Both the position numbers and the translations under genes were made by a program. This document shows, in pieces, positions 10,960 to 20,162 of a DNA stretch of 64,000 bases (the first letter of the stretch is position 1; every line of letters starts with the position of its first letter). Below the pieces are notes generated by a model. It had not been told where the DNA came from. It ran no database searches and was given only the letters and a program-made list of their open reading frames with translations. Source of the stretch: Schmidtea polychroa (lineage: Eukaryota); the NCBI GenBank assembly GCA_044892525.1, contig CM097885.1:34412001-34476000 (forward strand), in the 5' to 3' direction.

Positions 10960-11724
10960 TCAAACCTGTTTCAAATGTAAATACATTGAAATCTCTTCTC
11001 CATTAAAATCAATCAATTCTCCTTCTTGATTAAGAATTTTAAAATTAATATCCATTATATATTTTCTACATAAAGGTAAATAATTTGGAGGATTCATTCT
11101 TTCAACTATTTTATATCCCATAGGAACTGTGTTTGAGGGAAAGGAATATAAAACATTTGTTTGTTTACCATTATTATAAGAACCTGTTATACAATCGCAA
11201 TGAATATTTATTGTGTTTGTATTTATTATTTTTATAATATGTTCTGATATTATTATTTTATCTTCTTTTATTGTTATATCCATAGGTTTAAATCCTAAAA
11301 CTGTGTGAAAGAAACAATTATCTAAAAAACTAATTTTTATATTCTTCAAAGTCATTACACATTTTGAAGTTGGTATATCCATTTTAATTTTAATACCTTC
11401 ATTTGTTTTTTTAGAAAGTATATCATTTAAATCTTTTATCTCATATGCCCCAGGTTCTATTGTTATAATTTCTGGTTTATGCCCATCACGAGTTTGAATA
11501 GTAAATTTATTATTATCTTTAGTTATATTAAAAATAGTATTATAAGCACAAAACCATAATAGCCACAATTCATAATTTAAATTTTGATCTAATTTAATTG
11601 AATCTTGAAAGTTTATAGTAAACTCTGATTCTTTTGAATTTATAGATAAAGTTCTTGAATATTTATCTGACATTATGTTTACCATTTTTTTTAAATTATC
11701 TTCCGGAGGGTTGTGAAGCTCCAT
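10960..11724 (-). CDS. Minor capsid protein (penton, single jelly-roll)
   Basis: IEPGAY; INIHCDCITGSYNNG..VLYSF; YLPL..INFKILNQEGELIDFNGE..LHLK. Confidence 0.85.
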   Translation of the reverse strand: MELHNPPEDNLKKMVNIMSDKYSRTLSINSKESEFTINFQDSIKLDQNLNYELWLLWFCAYNTIFNITKDNNKFTIQTRDGHKPEIITIEPGAYEIKDLNDILSKKTNEGIKIKMDIPTSKCVMTLKNIKISFLDNCFFHTVLGFKPMDITIKEDKIIISEHIIKIINTNTINIHCDCITGSYNNGKQTNVLYSFPSNTVPMGYKIVERMNPPNYLPLCRKYIMDINFKILNQEGELIDFNGEEISMYLHLKQV

Positions 11725-11772
11725 TTCTTTAGTAGTAAATTCATATAGTAAAAATCCTTATAGTAAAAATCC

Positions 11773-12237
11773 TTATAGTAGAGATTCTAGATCATTATAA
11801 ATTTCTTGAATTATAGATTCAAAATCCTGCGTATGCCCCTTTCCCTCTCCCTTATTCAATCTATACAAAACATATAAACTTAAAATACCACATATTTTAG
11901 TATTCAAAGGTTGAACTTGTAAAGAGTTAAAAGTATAACCATTTGGGGAATCAATCGGAGAACCCCTCAAGAGATAATCTTCAACTTCTTTAGTAGGTTT
12001 AATCCCAAAAGAATCAAAGTAGATCGACTTCTTATATATACAAACCCAATGAGATCCTTTTTCATTTGAATTTTGATAATTGATTATTATATTCAGGGGA
12101 CTCTCCAGACTTGATAATTCATCATTCATTAATATTTTAATTTTTAAATTTAAATAATTTGCATAATCTTTTAAATCAAAATTTGTTTTTGCATTTATTC
12201 CAAATGTTTTTAAAAAATCTAATATTGAAGGAGTCAT
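11773..12237 (-). CDS. Adenain-like cysteine protease (virion maturation)
   Basis: GSHWV, YFDSFG and QVQ..ICG give the catalytic H/D/Q/C residues. Confidence 0.92.
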   Translation of the reverse strand: MTPSILDFLKTFGINAKTNFDLKDYANYLNLKIKILMNDELSSLESPLNIIINYQNSNEKGSHWVCIYKKSIYFDSFGIKPTKEVEDYLLRGSPIDSPNGYTFNSLQVQPLNTKICGILSLYVLYRLNKGEGKGHTQDFESIIQEIYNDLESLL

Positions 12238-12259
12238 TTTGTATTTTAAAACTTCGTAT

Positions 12260-13141
12260 TTATAACTTCGTATACTTATTAAATTTATCTTTTGAAATTA
12301 TTCCTTGTTTTAACAAATCTTTAGAAATCTTTAAAATATCAGAATCTAAATTATTATGTCCTGCTTTCCTTGCAGCTAATAGTTTTCTTAATTCAATAAA
12401 AAGATTGATGGGATTTGGTTTACCACCTTCACTAATTAATCCCTCTCCCTCTGTAACAACATAACCCTTTTCATTTTTATTTAAATAATTCTTTAAATCT
12501 TGAATATATTTTGCTTTAGAACTAGCTCTTATTAATTTTATTAAATTTAAATATTTTTTAATTTCTTCAACATCATCTGAAGAATATCCACAAAGTAATC
12601 TATAAAAATCATCTGTAAATTCAAAGTCTAAATATTCATTATTATAAACATTTTGTGAATGAATACGTGATTTATTTTCTGAATTTGAATATAAAGTAAA
12701 GTTTTGTTTATTAATTGTTATTATTTGATATCCTTCAGTATTAGTATTAAATGTGGGTCTAATTGAAGGAGGTAAATCATCTCTAATTTTAGGATCAACT
12801 TTAAGAGGTTTTGTTTTTAAAAACATTTCTTCTTCTTCCACATTAGAAATTCTTCTGCGTTTTCTTTGATTTCTTTCAGGATGGTTTTCACTGGATTCTT
12901 TTTCTTTATCCTGCCACTCTAGTTCTTTTATTTTTTGTTTTTTATCTTCTAACTCTTTAAATTTTGCTTGCTCATTGAAATCTTCCAACTCTTTTAGAGC
13001 TTTAATTGTTGGCCCCTGTTGTTGTGTTATTACCTCATTTAATATTATAGATTCAGCATGTTGAGTTGTATCTTTTTTATTATATTTATCTTGTTCTGAT
13101 TGTAATTTTTTTAAAAGTGCTAATCTTTCTTCATATACCAT
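12260..13141 (-). CDS. Conserved Polinton core-type protein
   Basis: GEGL motif, then C-terminal ELRKLLAARKAGHNN..DLLKQGII domain that I recognise from Mavericks; basic NLS-like RKRRR. Confidence 0.65.
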   Translation of the reverse strand: MVYEERLALLKKLQSEQDKYNKKDTTQHAESIILNEVITQQQGPTIKALKELEDFNEQAKFKELEDKKQKIKELEWQDKEKESSENHPERNQRKRRRISNVEEEEMFLKTKPLKVDPKIRDDLPPSIRPTFNTNTEGYQIITINKQNFTLYSNSENKSRIHSQNVYNNEYLDFEFTDDFYRLLCGYSSDDVEEIKKYLNLIKLIRASSKAKYIQDLKNYLNKNEKGYVVTEGEGLISEGGKPNPINLFIELRKLLAARKAGHNNLDSDILKISKDLLKQGIISKDKFNKYTKL

Positions 13142-13163
13142 TTTAATGGTATCAAAAATGGTA

Positions 13164-13742
13164 TCATAGTTCGAAGGGCTTCAAGTATAATCCTTTACCA
13201 TTTTTAGTTTTACAAAGGCATCCATTCTTTAAAGATTTACATATTTTTTTTAAATCTTTTTTATCTTTTGAAGATAAAGATTCAGATGTAGAAATTTGAT
13301 TTTTTAAAAAATCATTTAAACCTCTACCTTTATAAGGATCAAGATGGAGACCTTTGCCTTGAGACTTTTGCCGACTCCCCTCATATGGATTAAGATAGAG
13401 ACCCTTTCCAACGGACACTCCCCCTTTAGCTTGCCCTACCTTCTTCATTGAATCGATTTCAGTTTGTAGTTTTTCTTTTTCTAGGTCTGTCTTTTGAGAT
13501 TTTTTAGCTTTTTGAACTGTAGTTGCAATTCCTCCAGCTATTCCAGCAGCACCTGATAAACAAGCAATGATTGCAGGTATTAAAGCAGCTAATGGAAGAA
13601 TGCCTCCTTCTTTAGCTTCGTGGAGCTTCGCTCTAACTTGTTCTTTTACATGTTTTCCAATAAAATATTTTTTACCATCAATTACTACTGATTTATTTTT
13701 ATTTGAATTTATTAATTCTTGCAGAGATTCTTCAGTTGTCAT
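13164..13742 (-). CDS. Virion core/membrane-lytic protein with GxG-L repeats
   Basis: EGG then hydrophobic ILPLAALIPAIIACLSGAAGIAGGIA; repeated GKGLYLxP motifs. Confidence 0.7.
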   Translation of the reverse strand: MTTEESLQELINSNKNKSVVIDGKKYFIGKHVKEQVRAKLHEAKEGGILPLAALIPAIIACLSGAAGIAGGIATTVQKAKKSQKTDLEKEKLQTEIDSMKKVGQAKGGVSVGKGLYLNPYEGSRQKSQGKGLHLDPYKGRGLNDFLKNQISTSESLSSKDKKDLKKICKSLKNGCLCKTKNGKGLYLKPFEL

Positions 13743-13757
13743 TTTATAATAAATAAA

Positions 13758-14549
13758 ATGTCTACTTGGAAACCAATTTTAACTCGACACAAAAGTAAAT
13801 TTAATAATAAAGTATTTCCTGATAATTTTAGATTATTAATTGTTGGTTCTTCTGGATGTGGAAAGAATGTACTTGTTTTGAGAATGTTACTTGAAGATGA
13901 TTTTTTAGATTATAATAATTTAATCTTTTATTCTACAACCATAAATCAACCAGAATTACAACTTTTGAAATGTGGATTTGAAAATAAATTAACTAAAAAA
14001 GCAATAATTGATATTTTTAAAAATCAACATAGGTGTCCTGAAGAAGTTTTTCAACCTTGTGATATGGTTGATTGGTATAAGGAAAAGATTTTAGAATCAG
14101 ATATTAGTAATAAAAATGATTATATTTGTGAAGAAGGGCAGGAGGCAATTCAAGTTTTATTCTCTAATAAACCTGAAGATGTTTTACATTGTGATTTACT
14201 TCCTAAAGATAAAAAGAATCTAGTTATATTTGATGATGTTGTTAATATGAAAAATCAAGAGATTCAAAAGAGTTACTTTACACGAGGTCGACATAATAAT
14301 TGTAATGTTATTTATATATCTCAAACATATTATGCTTTAGATAAAAATTCAATAAGAAATAATTCCAATTGTTTTATATTTTTTAAATTAGATCGCCGTG
14401 ATAAGAATATGATTTATAATGATTTATTTTCAAATGTTGAACCTGATAAGAATATGTTTGATATGTTTGTTGATAATCATTGGAAAGAAAAATATAATTA
14501 TATTTATTTGGATAGAGAAGAAGCTGAAATATGGAAAAGTTTGTTTTAG
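13758..14549 (+). CDS. A32/FtsK-like DNA packaging ATPase
   Basis: Walker A GSSGCGKN, Walker B LVIFDD, TRGRH..ISQ..IRNN; first ATG at 13758. Confidence 0.93.
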   Translation: MSTWKPILTRHKSKFNNKVFPDNFRLLIVGSSGCGKNVLVLRMLLEDDFLDYNNLIFYSTTINQPELQLLKCGFENKLTKKAIIDIFKNQHRCPEEVFQPCDMVDWYKEKILESDISNKNDYICEEGQEAIQVLFSNKPEDVLHCDLLPKDKKNLVIFDDVVNMKNQEIQKSYFTRGRHNNCNVIYISQTYYALDKNSIRNNSNCFIFFKLDRRDKNMIYNDLFSNVEPDKNMFDMFVDNHWKEKYNYIYLDREEAEIWKSLF

Positions 14550-14560
14550 GGCTTGTCGAC

Positions 14561-15973
14561 TTAAAAATCTGTTTTCTGTAGTTCATTATTATAAAATCTA
14601 CCTAATATTTTTTCATTATTTAAATCAATGATGCTATATGTTATTGGAGTTGTATAATTTATTTTATTTATAATAAAAATTTCATTTGTCCATTTTGCTG
14701 TGAATCCTTTTTCAAATTTATTTTTATATTTAAATATTCTTACTCGGTCACCAATTTTAAACTTTGGTTTTTCAATAACATCATTTTCAATATTTACCAC
14801 TTTAATGGTTTCAGGCTTCATGGAAGCATTTAAAGGTGTTAATTTTATAGAACTATGTACATCATTATTATATTCATTTACAATCTTTTGTAACAATTCA
14901 TTGTTCCATTTTTGTTTTCCAATAGCAGTAAAATATTTCCACATTTTATTTTTTAATGTTCTATTTAATCTTTCAACTACGACTGCTTTTCCTTCGTTTT
15001 CTGTTGAATATAATTTAATATCATTTTCATTTAAAAACTTTGTAAAAACTTTGTTATAAAATTCTGTTCCTTTATCACACCATAAATATTTTGGGATTCT
15101 TTGATTTTCTTCAAATATATTTTCAAATGCTTCTGTAATAGAATATCCTGTTTTATTTTCTAAACACCTTGCAAAAGCAAATCTTGTATATAAATCTATT
15201 ACAGTTAAAATTATTTTATATTTTTCAGGGTCTGATGATTTGGGCATAAAGACTAAATCTGCAGACCATGTTTGATCTTTTTCATGTACTTGAACTTTTA
15301 AATATTTTTTATTTTTTCTAAATTCATGGTGTAATTCCTTTGCATATTTTATTTCTGATTCTGTTGGGGTTTGTAAACTAGTCTTGGCTGTACTCTCGAG
15401 GGATCTTTCAATCTCTGCTTGTTCGATAATCTTTTTATAAGCAACATCTTTTGCTTTCCTAGGAAGTCTTGCACCCATGGTGATCGGACTGTGTCCTAAG
15501 CCTATGAAAATCTTACCTTTCATTGCTAATTTAACTAGAGCTCTTTGAATCTTTTCTTGGGTTGATGGATTTTGGATTCTATTTAAATCATGTATTAAAT
15601 TCACATCTGCAACATGTCTATCTCTAAGATTTGTTGAATTGTATGCAATGTCATGTTTTAAAGTTGCTTGATCAATTCTATTTATTGGTTCTTCTCCTTG
15701 TTTGGGATTATTATTTTCATCTAATCTAATATCTAGACGTGTTCCTGGTCCAGTATAGTTGTGTTTAAATAAATGTCTTTCACCTGGATATTTTTCTGTA
15801 GTAAAAGGTTTTAATATTGAAGATGTTGTTTTTGAAGATTGCAAATCGCCTCCAGCTCGTGGAATTAGGTCACCTACTGTATGTTTTTTAGTTTTAAGAT
15901 GACTTGCTTTATGATGTCTTGTAACTTGACAATTACAAGTTTCACATCTCCAATAGGGTTTATTTAAAGACAT
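14561..15973 (-). CDS. Zn finger - phospholipase A2 - retroviral-type (rve) integrase fusion
   Basis: CETC..H..H; parvoviral-type PLA2 YTGPG..KHDIAY..AD; DDE triad SADL/WCDKGTEF/VERLNRTLK; SH3-like KFKIGDRVRI. Confidence 0.9.
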   Translation of the reverse strand: MSLNKPYWRCETCNCQVTRHHKASHLKTKKHTVGDLIPRAGGDLQSSKTTSSILKPFTTEKYPGERHLFKHNYTGPGTRLDIRLDENNNPKQGEEPINRIDQATLKHDIAYNSTNLRDRHVADVNLIHDLNRIQNPSTQEKIQRALVKLAMKGKIFIGLGHSPITMGARLPRKAKDVAYKKIIEQAEIERSLESTAKTSLQTPTESEIKYAKELHHEFRKNKKYLKVQVHEKDQTWSADLVFMPKSSDPEKYKIILTVIDLYTRFAFARCLENKTGYSITEAFENIFEENQRIPKYLWCDKGTEFYNKVFTKFLNENDIKLYSTENEGKAVVVERLNRTLKNKMWKYFTAIGKQKWNNELLQKIVNEYNNDVHSSIKLTPLNASMKPETIKVVNIENDVIEKPKFKIGDRVRIFKYKNKFEKGFTAKWTNEIFIINKINYTTPITYSIIDLNNEKILGRFYNNELQKTDF

Positions 15974-15990
15974 TTTAAAATGTTAAAATA

Positions 15991-17337
15991 TTAAGAATCT
16001 CCCCTAACATTTTCAATAATTGAAATCTTTCCACCATATAATTTCATTTCTATTTTCTTTTCTTCTAATATTAATGTATATACTTTAGCTTTAAAATTAG
16101 AATCCTTTGTTACATGAAGTGTAACATCAACATTATTTATGGCTAATCGATCATCTTGGTCTGATACATTTATACAAAATATAGAATATAAATTTTTGAA
16201 ATCTTCTAAACTTAATTGCGGTTCAACTTCGAAATCATAACATGTTTCAATATAATTTAGATATGGGAATATGTTTTCATTATTTTCAATATTAAATTCC
16301 ATTCTATTTATTGGATAATAAGAACTATTTAATTGAATTTGGATTGTTTTTAAATTATCATCTCCAATCTTTTGAATAAATAGATTGTTATTTTTTTGGA
16401 AAGATGAATCTGTTTCTTTGAATCCAATCAAGATATATCTTGGTCGGTATGCTAAATTTGCTACCTTTATAGAATATGTTGAACCCTCTGTCATACTAAA
16501 TTCACTACAGATTCTATTTAAATAATTTACATTTATAGACTTGTTGGAATTTAATCTTTCAAGGAGTTTGATTTCAGAATGTGGGTTTAATGTCCATTCA
16601 GGTATATGTAATTCAAGTGTTGATAATTTTAATTTAGCTTTTGTATCTACAGCTCCATAGAACAATCTTTTATCACCTTCTACTCTATTACAGATGAATT
16701 CTACAGCTCCATAGAACAATCTTTTATCACCTTCTACTCTATTACAGATGAATTCTATAAAAACATTATGAAGTATACGATTATAGTTTTGAAGGAATCC
16801 AAACAAGTGTTTTAATTCAAAATAGCCTTCAAATTTTTTAGATTTATAAAGTTCAGCTCTTTTATGGTAACCATGGTTTACATCTAAACCATCTTTATCT
16901 AAATCCCCTTTATTAGTGTCAGGAATCCAACCTGTTAATTCACCATATTCATTTTTATAATCACAACCAGTCAAAATAAAATTTAACATTGTAGAATATA
17001 CTCCTGGATGTAAAACAGTTTCAATTTCTGATGATCCTAGTTTTAATCTCATGTTGGAGAATAAATTTGGAAAGAAATTATTTTCTAGGGTTATATCTTT
17101 GTTTGCTTCAATTTCTAATTCTACTTTGTAATATAATTTGGCATTACAAATATCTATTGGGTTTGATGTTTGAAGAGATTGAAAAACTATATCACCCCTA
17201 CGATTTAAGTTTGCAATAGATCCTGAAGTTGGAGAGATTTTAAGTACATCATTTTTCTTGATTTCATGAGTAAATTCTTTATTATAATCAAGATTTAATT
17301 TATTTTTTTCTTGAATTTTAAGATTTATATTATTCAT
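15991..17337 (-). CDS. Major capsid protein (double jelly-roll) with an 18-aa internal duplication
   Basis: 448 aa from the ATG at 17337; LENNFFPNLFSNMRLKLGSSEIE, LFGFL, PRYILIGF, LYSIFCINVS motifs. Confidence 0.85.
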   Translation of the reverse strand: MNNINLKIQEKNKLNLDYNKEFTHEIKKNDVLKISPTSGSIANLNRRGDIVFQSLQTSNPIDICNAKLYYKVELEIEANKDITLENNFFPNLFSNMRLKLGSSEIETVLHPGVYSTMLNFILTGCDYKNEYGELTGWIPDTNKGDLDKDGLDVNHGYHKRAELYKSKKFEGYFELKHLFGFLQNYNRILHNVFIEFICNRVEGDKRLFYGAVEFICNRVEGDKRLFYGAVDTKAKLKLSTLELHIPEWTLNPHSEIKLLERLNSNKSINVNYLNRICSEFSMTEGSTYSIKVANLAYRPRYILIGFKETDSSFQKNNNLFIQKIGDDNLKTIQIQLNSSYYPINRMEFNIENNENIFPYLNYIETCYDFEVEPQLSLEDFKNLYSIFCINVSDQDDRLAINNVDVTLHVTKDSNFKAKVYTLILEEKKIEMKLYGGKISIIENVRGDS

Positions 17338-17422
17338 TTTTATATATAAAAGTTGATAAAAATAAAAGTTGAAAAAAAAAATAAAAATAAAAGGGAATTC
17401 AATAAAAAAATAATTTATAAAA

Positions 17423-17644
17423 ATGATTGACTTTATTGAAAGAATGAGAAATGAATTGAATGAAGTTAAACTTAAGAGAATGAAAAGAAGAGAAGAAGAA
17501 CCATTAGAATACATTAAAGAGTTGGTGGTAGAGAATGAAAAGTATCGACATTTTTACATGAATGCAGTAGAAGTAGCTGAGAAAAGATTAGATAAAATAA
17601 AACAATTACAGGAAAGAATAAAAGAACTTGAATCGATTATTTAA
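17423..17644 (+). CDS. Small coiled-coil protein whose stop codon is supplied by the right TIR
   Basis: 73-aa E/K-rich helical ORF with a TAAAAATG start context. Confidence 0.55.
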   Translation: MIDFIERMRNELNEVKLKRMKRREEEPLEYIKELVVENEKYRHFYMNAVEVAEKRLDKIKQLQERIKELESII

Positions 17645-17663
17645 AAAAATGACAAAAAATCCA

Positions 17664-17746
17664 AACCTTAATAGCGCAGTGGGCTAGACTGACACAGTGG
17701 TTCAAAATGCTAGTGGTTCAAATCACATCTGAGGTTAGTTTTTTTT
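17664..17746 (+). ncRNA. tRNA-like Pol III unit, inner copy, right TIR
   Basis: A box TAGCGCAGTGG 17672-17682; GGTTCAAATCA 17715-17725; T8 run 17739-17746. Confidence 0.55.
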
Positions 17747-17896
17747 CAACATAAAATAATATTAAAAATTTGAAAATAATATTGAAAATAGTGTGGGTAT
17801 CTTATATTTATAAAGTACTTGTATATTTTATTTTATTTATTTTATTTTATTTTATTTTTTTTATAAATTAAAAATTAAAAAAATGACAAAAATTCA

Positions 17897-17980
17897 AACC
17901 TTGATGGCGCAGTGGGAATAGACCGGCACCGTGGTTCAAATGGATAGCGGTTCAAATCCTAACTGTGGTTAGTTTTTTTT
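17897..17980 (+). ncRNA. tRNA-like Pol III unit, outer copy, right TIR
   Basis: A box TGGCGCAGTGG 17905-17915; B box GGTTCAAATCC 17949-17959; T8 run 17973-17980. Confidence 0.6.
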
Positions 17981-19599
17981 CAACATAAAATAATATTAAA
18001 AATTTGAAAATAATAGTGTGGGTATCTTAGATTTATATTTTATTTTATTTATTTTTATTTTATTTTATTTTATTTTATTTTATTTATTTTATTTTATTTT
18101 ATTTTTTAAACATAAATATGAAAAAAAAATTATTGAAACGGGTGATGGTGGCGAACCGGTAATTATCGCCACCTGTCTTTCGAACACCCCCGGATCGATT
18201 CTTTAATGTGCACATTTATTTCTCAGTTGTTTTCGGACCTCTTTCGAATTCACTTTCGAATTCATTTGTAATTTCGAGCAGCACACTTAAAACGCCGATG
18301 AAATCGTATTCGAGCGAGAAGCGAATAATAAGGTGTGCTGCTATTATCGAATTGATTCTGATTATGAGCCTGGCCAGCTTGTATATTGGAAGAGATTTGA
18401 TAAACGAAAGAGGTTGAATAAAAAAAAAATGATCCGGATCAAAAAAACTGTTGAGAGGACAGTGAAAAAAAAAAAAAAATACCACTGTCCTCTCAGAGCA
18501 GTTTTACTATTTTCATAAAATTCTTTATTCTTCAAGACATCAAGATTAAGATTTCATTTATTTTTTTTAATTAGCCAATTAGCAACTTGCTAGTTGGCAT
18601 CCTCAAGTAGCCTTCTTACTTTTTCATAATACCATTTTCTTTTCTATTCTCTTTATGTTTTTAGTTTGAAGCTTTTGAGTTTGAGGCTTTAAAGATTAAA
18701 ACAGTTAGAGTCATTAAGGGTGGTTGTTTTCAAAATATAGGGTTAAAATACTATAAAAGTATAAGTTTTAGGTTGTTTTTCTAATAGCTTAAGTGATTTG
18801 GAGGCATGTTTTGTTGGGAGGGCTGTTTTGGTTGGGTATATAACCACACTACTCGGCAATAACCATTTGTCATCCCGATTTCGATGAGTATATAAGGAAG
18901 GGGAAAATCAGAACAAATCGGCCTCAGCTAGGGTTAGAAGAAATCGAGCTTAGGAAAAGGTAAAAACGAATTTAGGAGATTAGGGAAAAAGAAGAGATAG
19001 AATAAAAATAAAAAGGGTGAAAAAGGATCAAATCAAAAAGAAAAAGGAAAACGTTGGTCAAGAGAACCTAAGGAAATAAAAGGTGAACATTATCTTTATC
19101 AAAGCATCAACATCGAGCGTAGAATCAGTCAAACTCGAACTGTTGGACTATTTATTATTGATTGTGTATTATTGAGAGAAAATATATTTTGATTTCAATA
19201 TACTTTGGGTCGTTTATTGTTTTGATTTAAAGGACACGAGGAGTCAGAGGTAACCGACTTAAATTAACTGAAAACCCAACAATTTAATAAAAGGCAACGT
19301 TTAGATGGGCCAGGAAATTCAAGTTTTTTAAATAATACTAAACAGGCATTTAATTTAAAAAAAATCTTTGAGTACTTTAATTATTTAAAAATTTTTTTGG
19401 GTCGTTTGGAGAAATATTTTAGGATTTTGGGTCGTGACCAAAAATCCTTAAGAACCGCTGATATAATCCATCAAATTCCTCATCAGATTCAATATTAAAG
19501 AGTTTAAACACCTTGTCCAAAAAATCTGGAATTTCAGATTCAATTTGATGTTCGATTTCTTCTTCAGATTCTTTTCAGATTCTTCTTCGCTATCAATGG

Positions 19600-20160
19600 G
19601 ACGAGATATCATAGTTGTTACCGATTCTGTTGGATATTCGCAGATATTTGTGGCTTTAAATCCATTCTAATGCAATCCGATATTACTTCACACCAACATT
19701 CGTAAATACATTAACATACTTCAGCATAAGAGGCACTTTTCATTGATCCAGACTTAGTGAATGAATGGTGACCATTGATCATCCAGTCCTCCCATTTCTC
19801 AAGCATTTGGATTCAAAAAGATTTATTGACACTTAGATCTAGTGGTTGTAATTTAGATGTCAGTCGTCCAGGAATAACAGCCAAGTGTGAATACTCTTTC
19901 ATCTTTTCTTTGACTTCTCCTGTGATGTGAGGTCGAGCCGAATCATGGATTAAAACTGATTTCTGACAAAAAAATAATTCTTGAGTTTACGCTAAATGTT
20001 TTTTAACCAATAGCTAACCATATCCGCGTCACCCCATCCCTTTAGTTTGCTGAGACAACAACTCCTTTAGGGGATACATCTTTAGGAATGGTTTTTCGCA
20101 TTTCCACCATCGGCTGTACCACACAAGACAACAGTAAAATTGCACTTTTCATTGAAAAAA
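19600..20160 (-). pseudogene. pogo-family DDE transposase remnant
   Basis: Minus-strand IHDSARPHIT..LAVIPGRLTSKLQPLDLSVNKSF and FTVVLCGTADGG; frameshifted; boundaries approximate. Confidence 0.8.
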
Positions 20161-20162
20161 AA

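Larger units (their letters stand above)
3690..18853. mobile_element. Maverick/Polinton (adintovirus-like endogenous DNA virus), 15,164 bp, near-intact
   Basis: AGTAGT..ACTACT termini; 6-bp TSD CGGCAA (3684-3689, 18854-18859); ~1.2-kb TIRs; pPolB, integrase, ATPase, adenain, major and minor capsid ORFs. Confidence 0.97.
17641..18853 (-). repeat. Polinton right TIR
   Basis: Inverted copy of 3690-4870. Confidence 0.95.
3099..19281 (+). mobile_element. ~1.0-kb solo LTR (3099-3689 plus 18860-19281) split by the Polinton
   Basis: Termini (G/T)GTTGG..CCAACA; 5-bp TSD ATTTA at 3094-3098 and 19282-19286; TATATAAG at ~18889; removing it rejoins the hAT. Confidence 0.6.
2503..19460 (+). mobile_element. 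Internally deleted hAT (Buster/Charlie-type) transposon, split by a solo LTR and a Polinton
   Basis: TIR CAACGGTTCTTAA (2503) / TTAAGAACCGCTG (ends 19460); 8-bp TSD ATATAATC at 2495-2502 and 19461-19468, with the central TA typical of Buster. Confidence 0.85.

Noticed and set aside
17338..17514. 59-aa N-terminal extension of the capsid ORF
   Set aside because: F/I-rich antisense of the 17423 ORF and the intergenic A-tracts; the ATG at 17337 has the shared start context.
17664..17980. Calling the Pol III units true tRNA genes
   Set aside because: No canonical anticodon arm and imperfect T stems; only the promoter boxes and closing stem are convincing.
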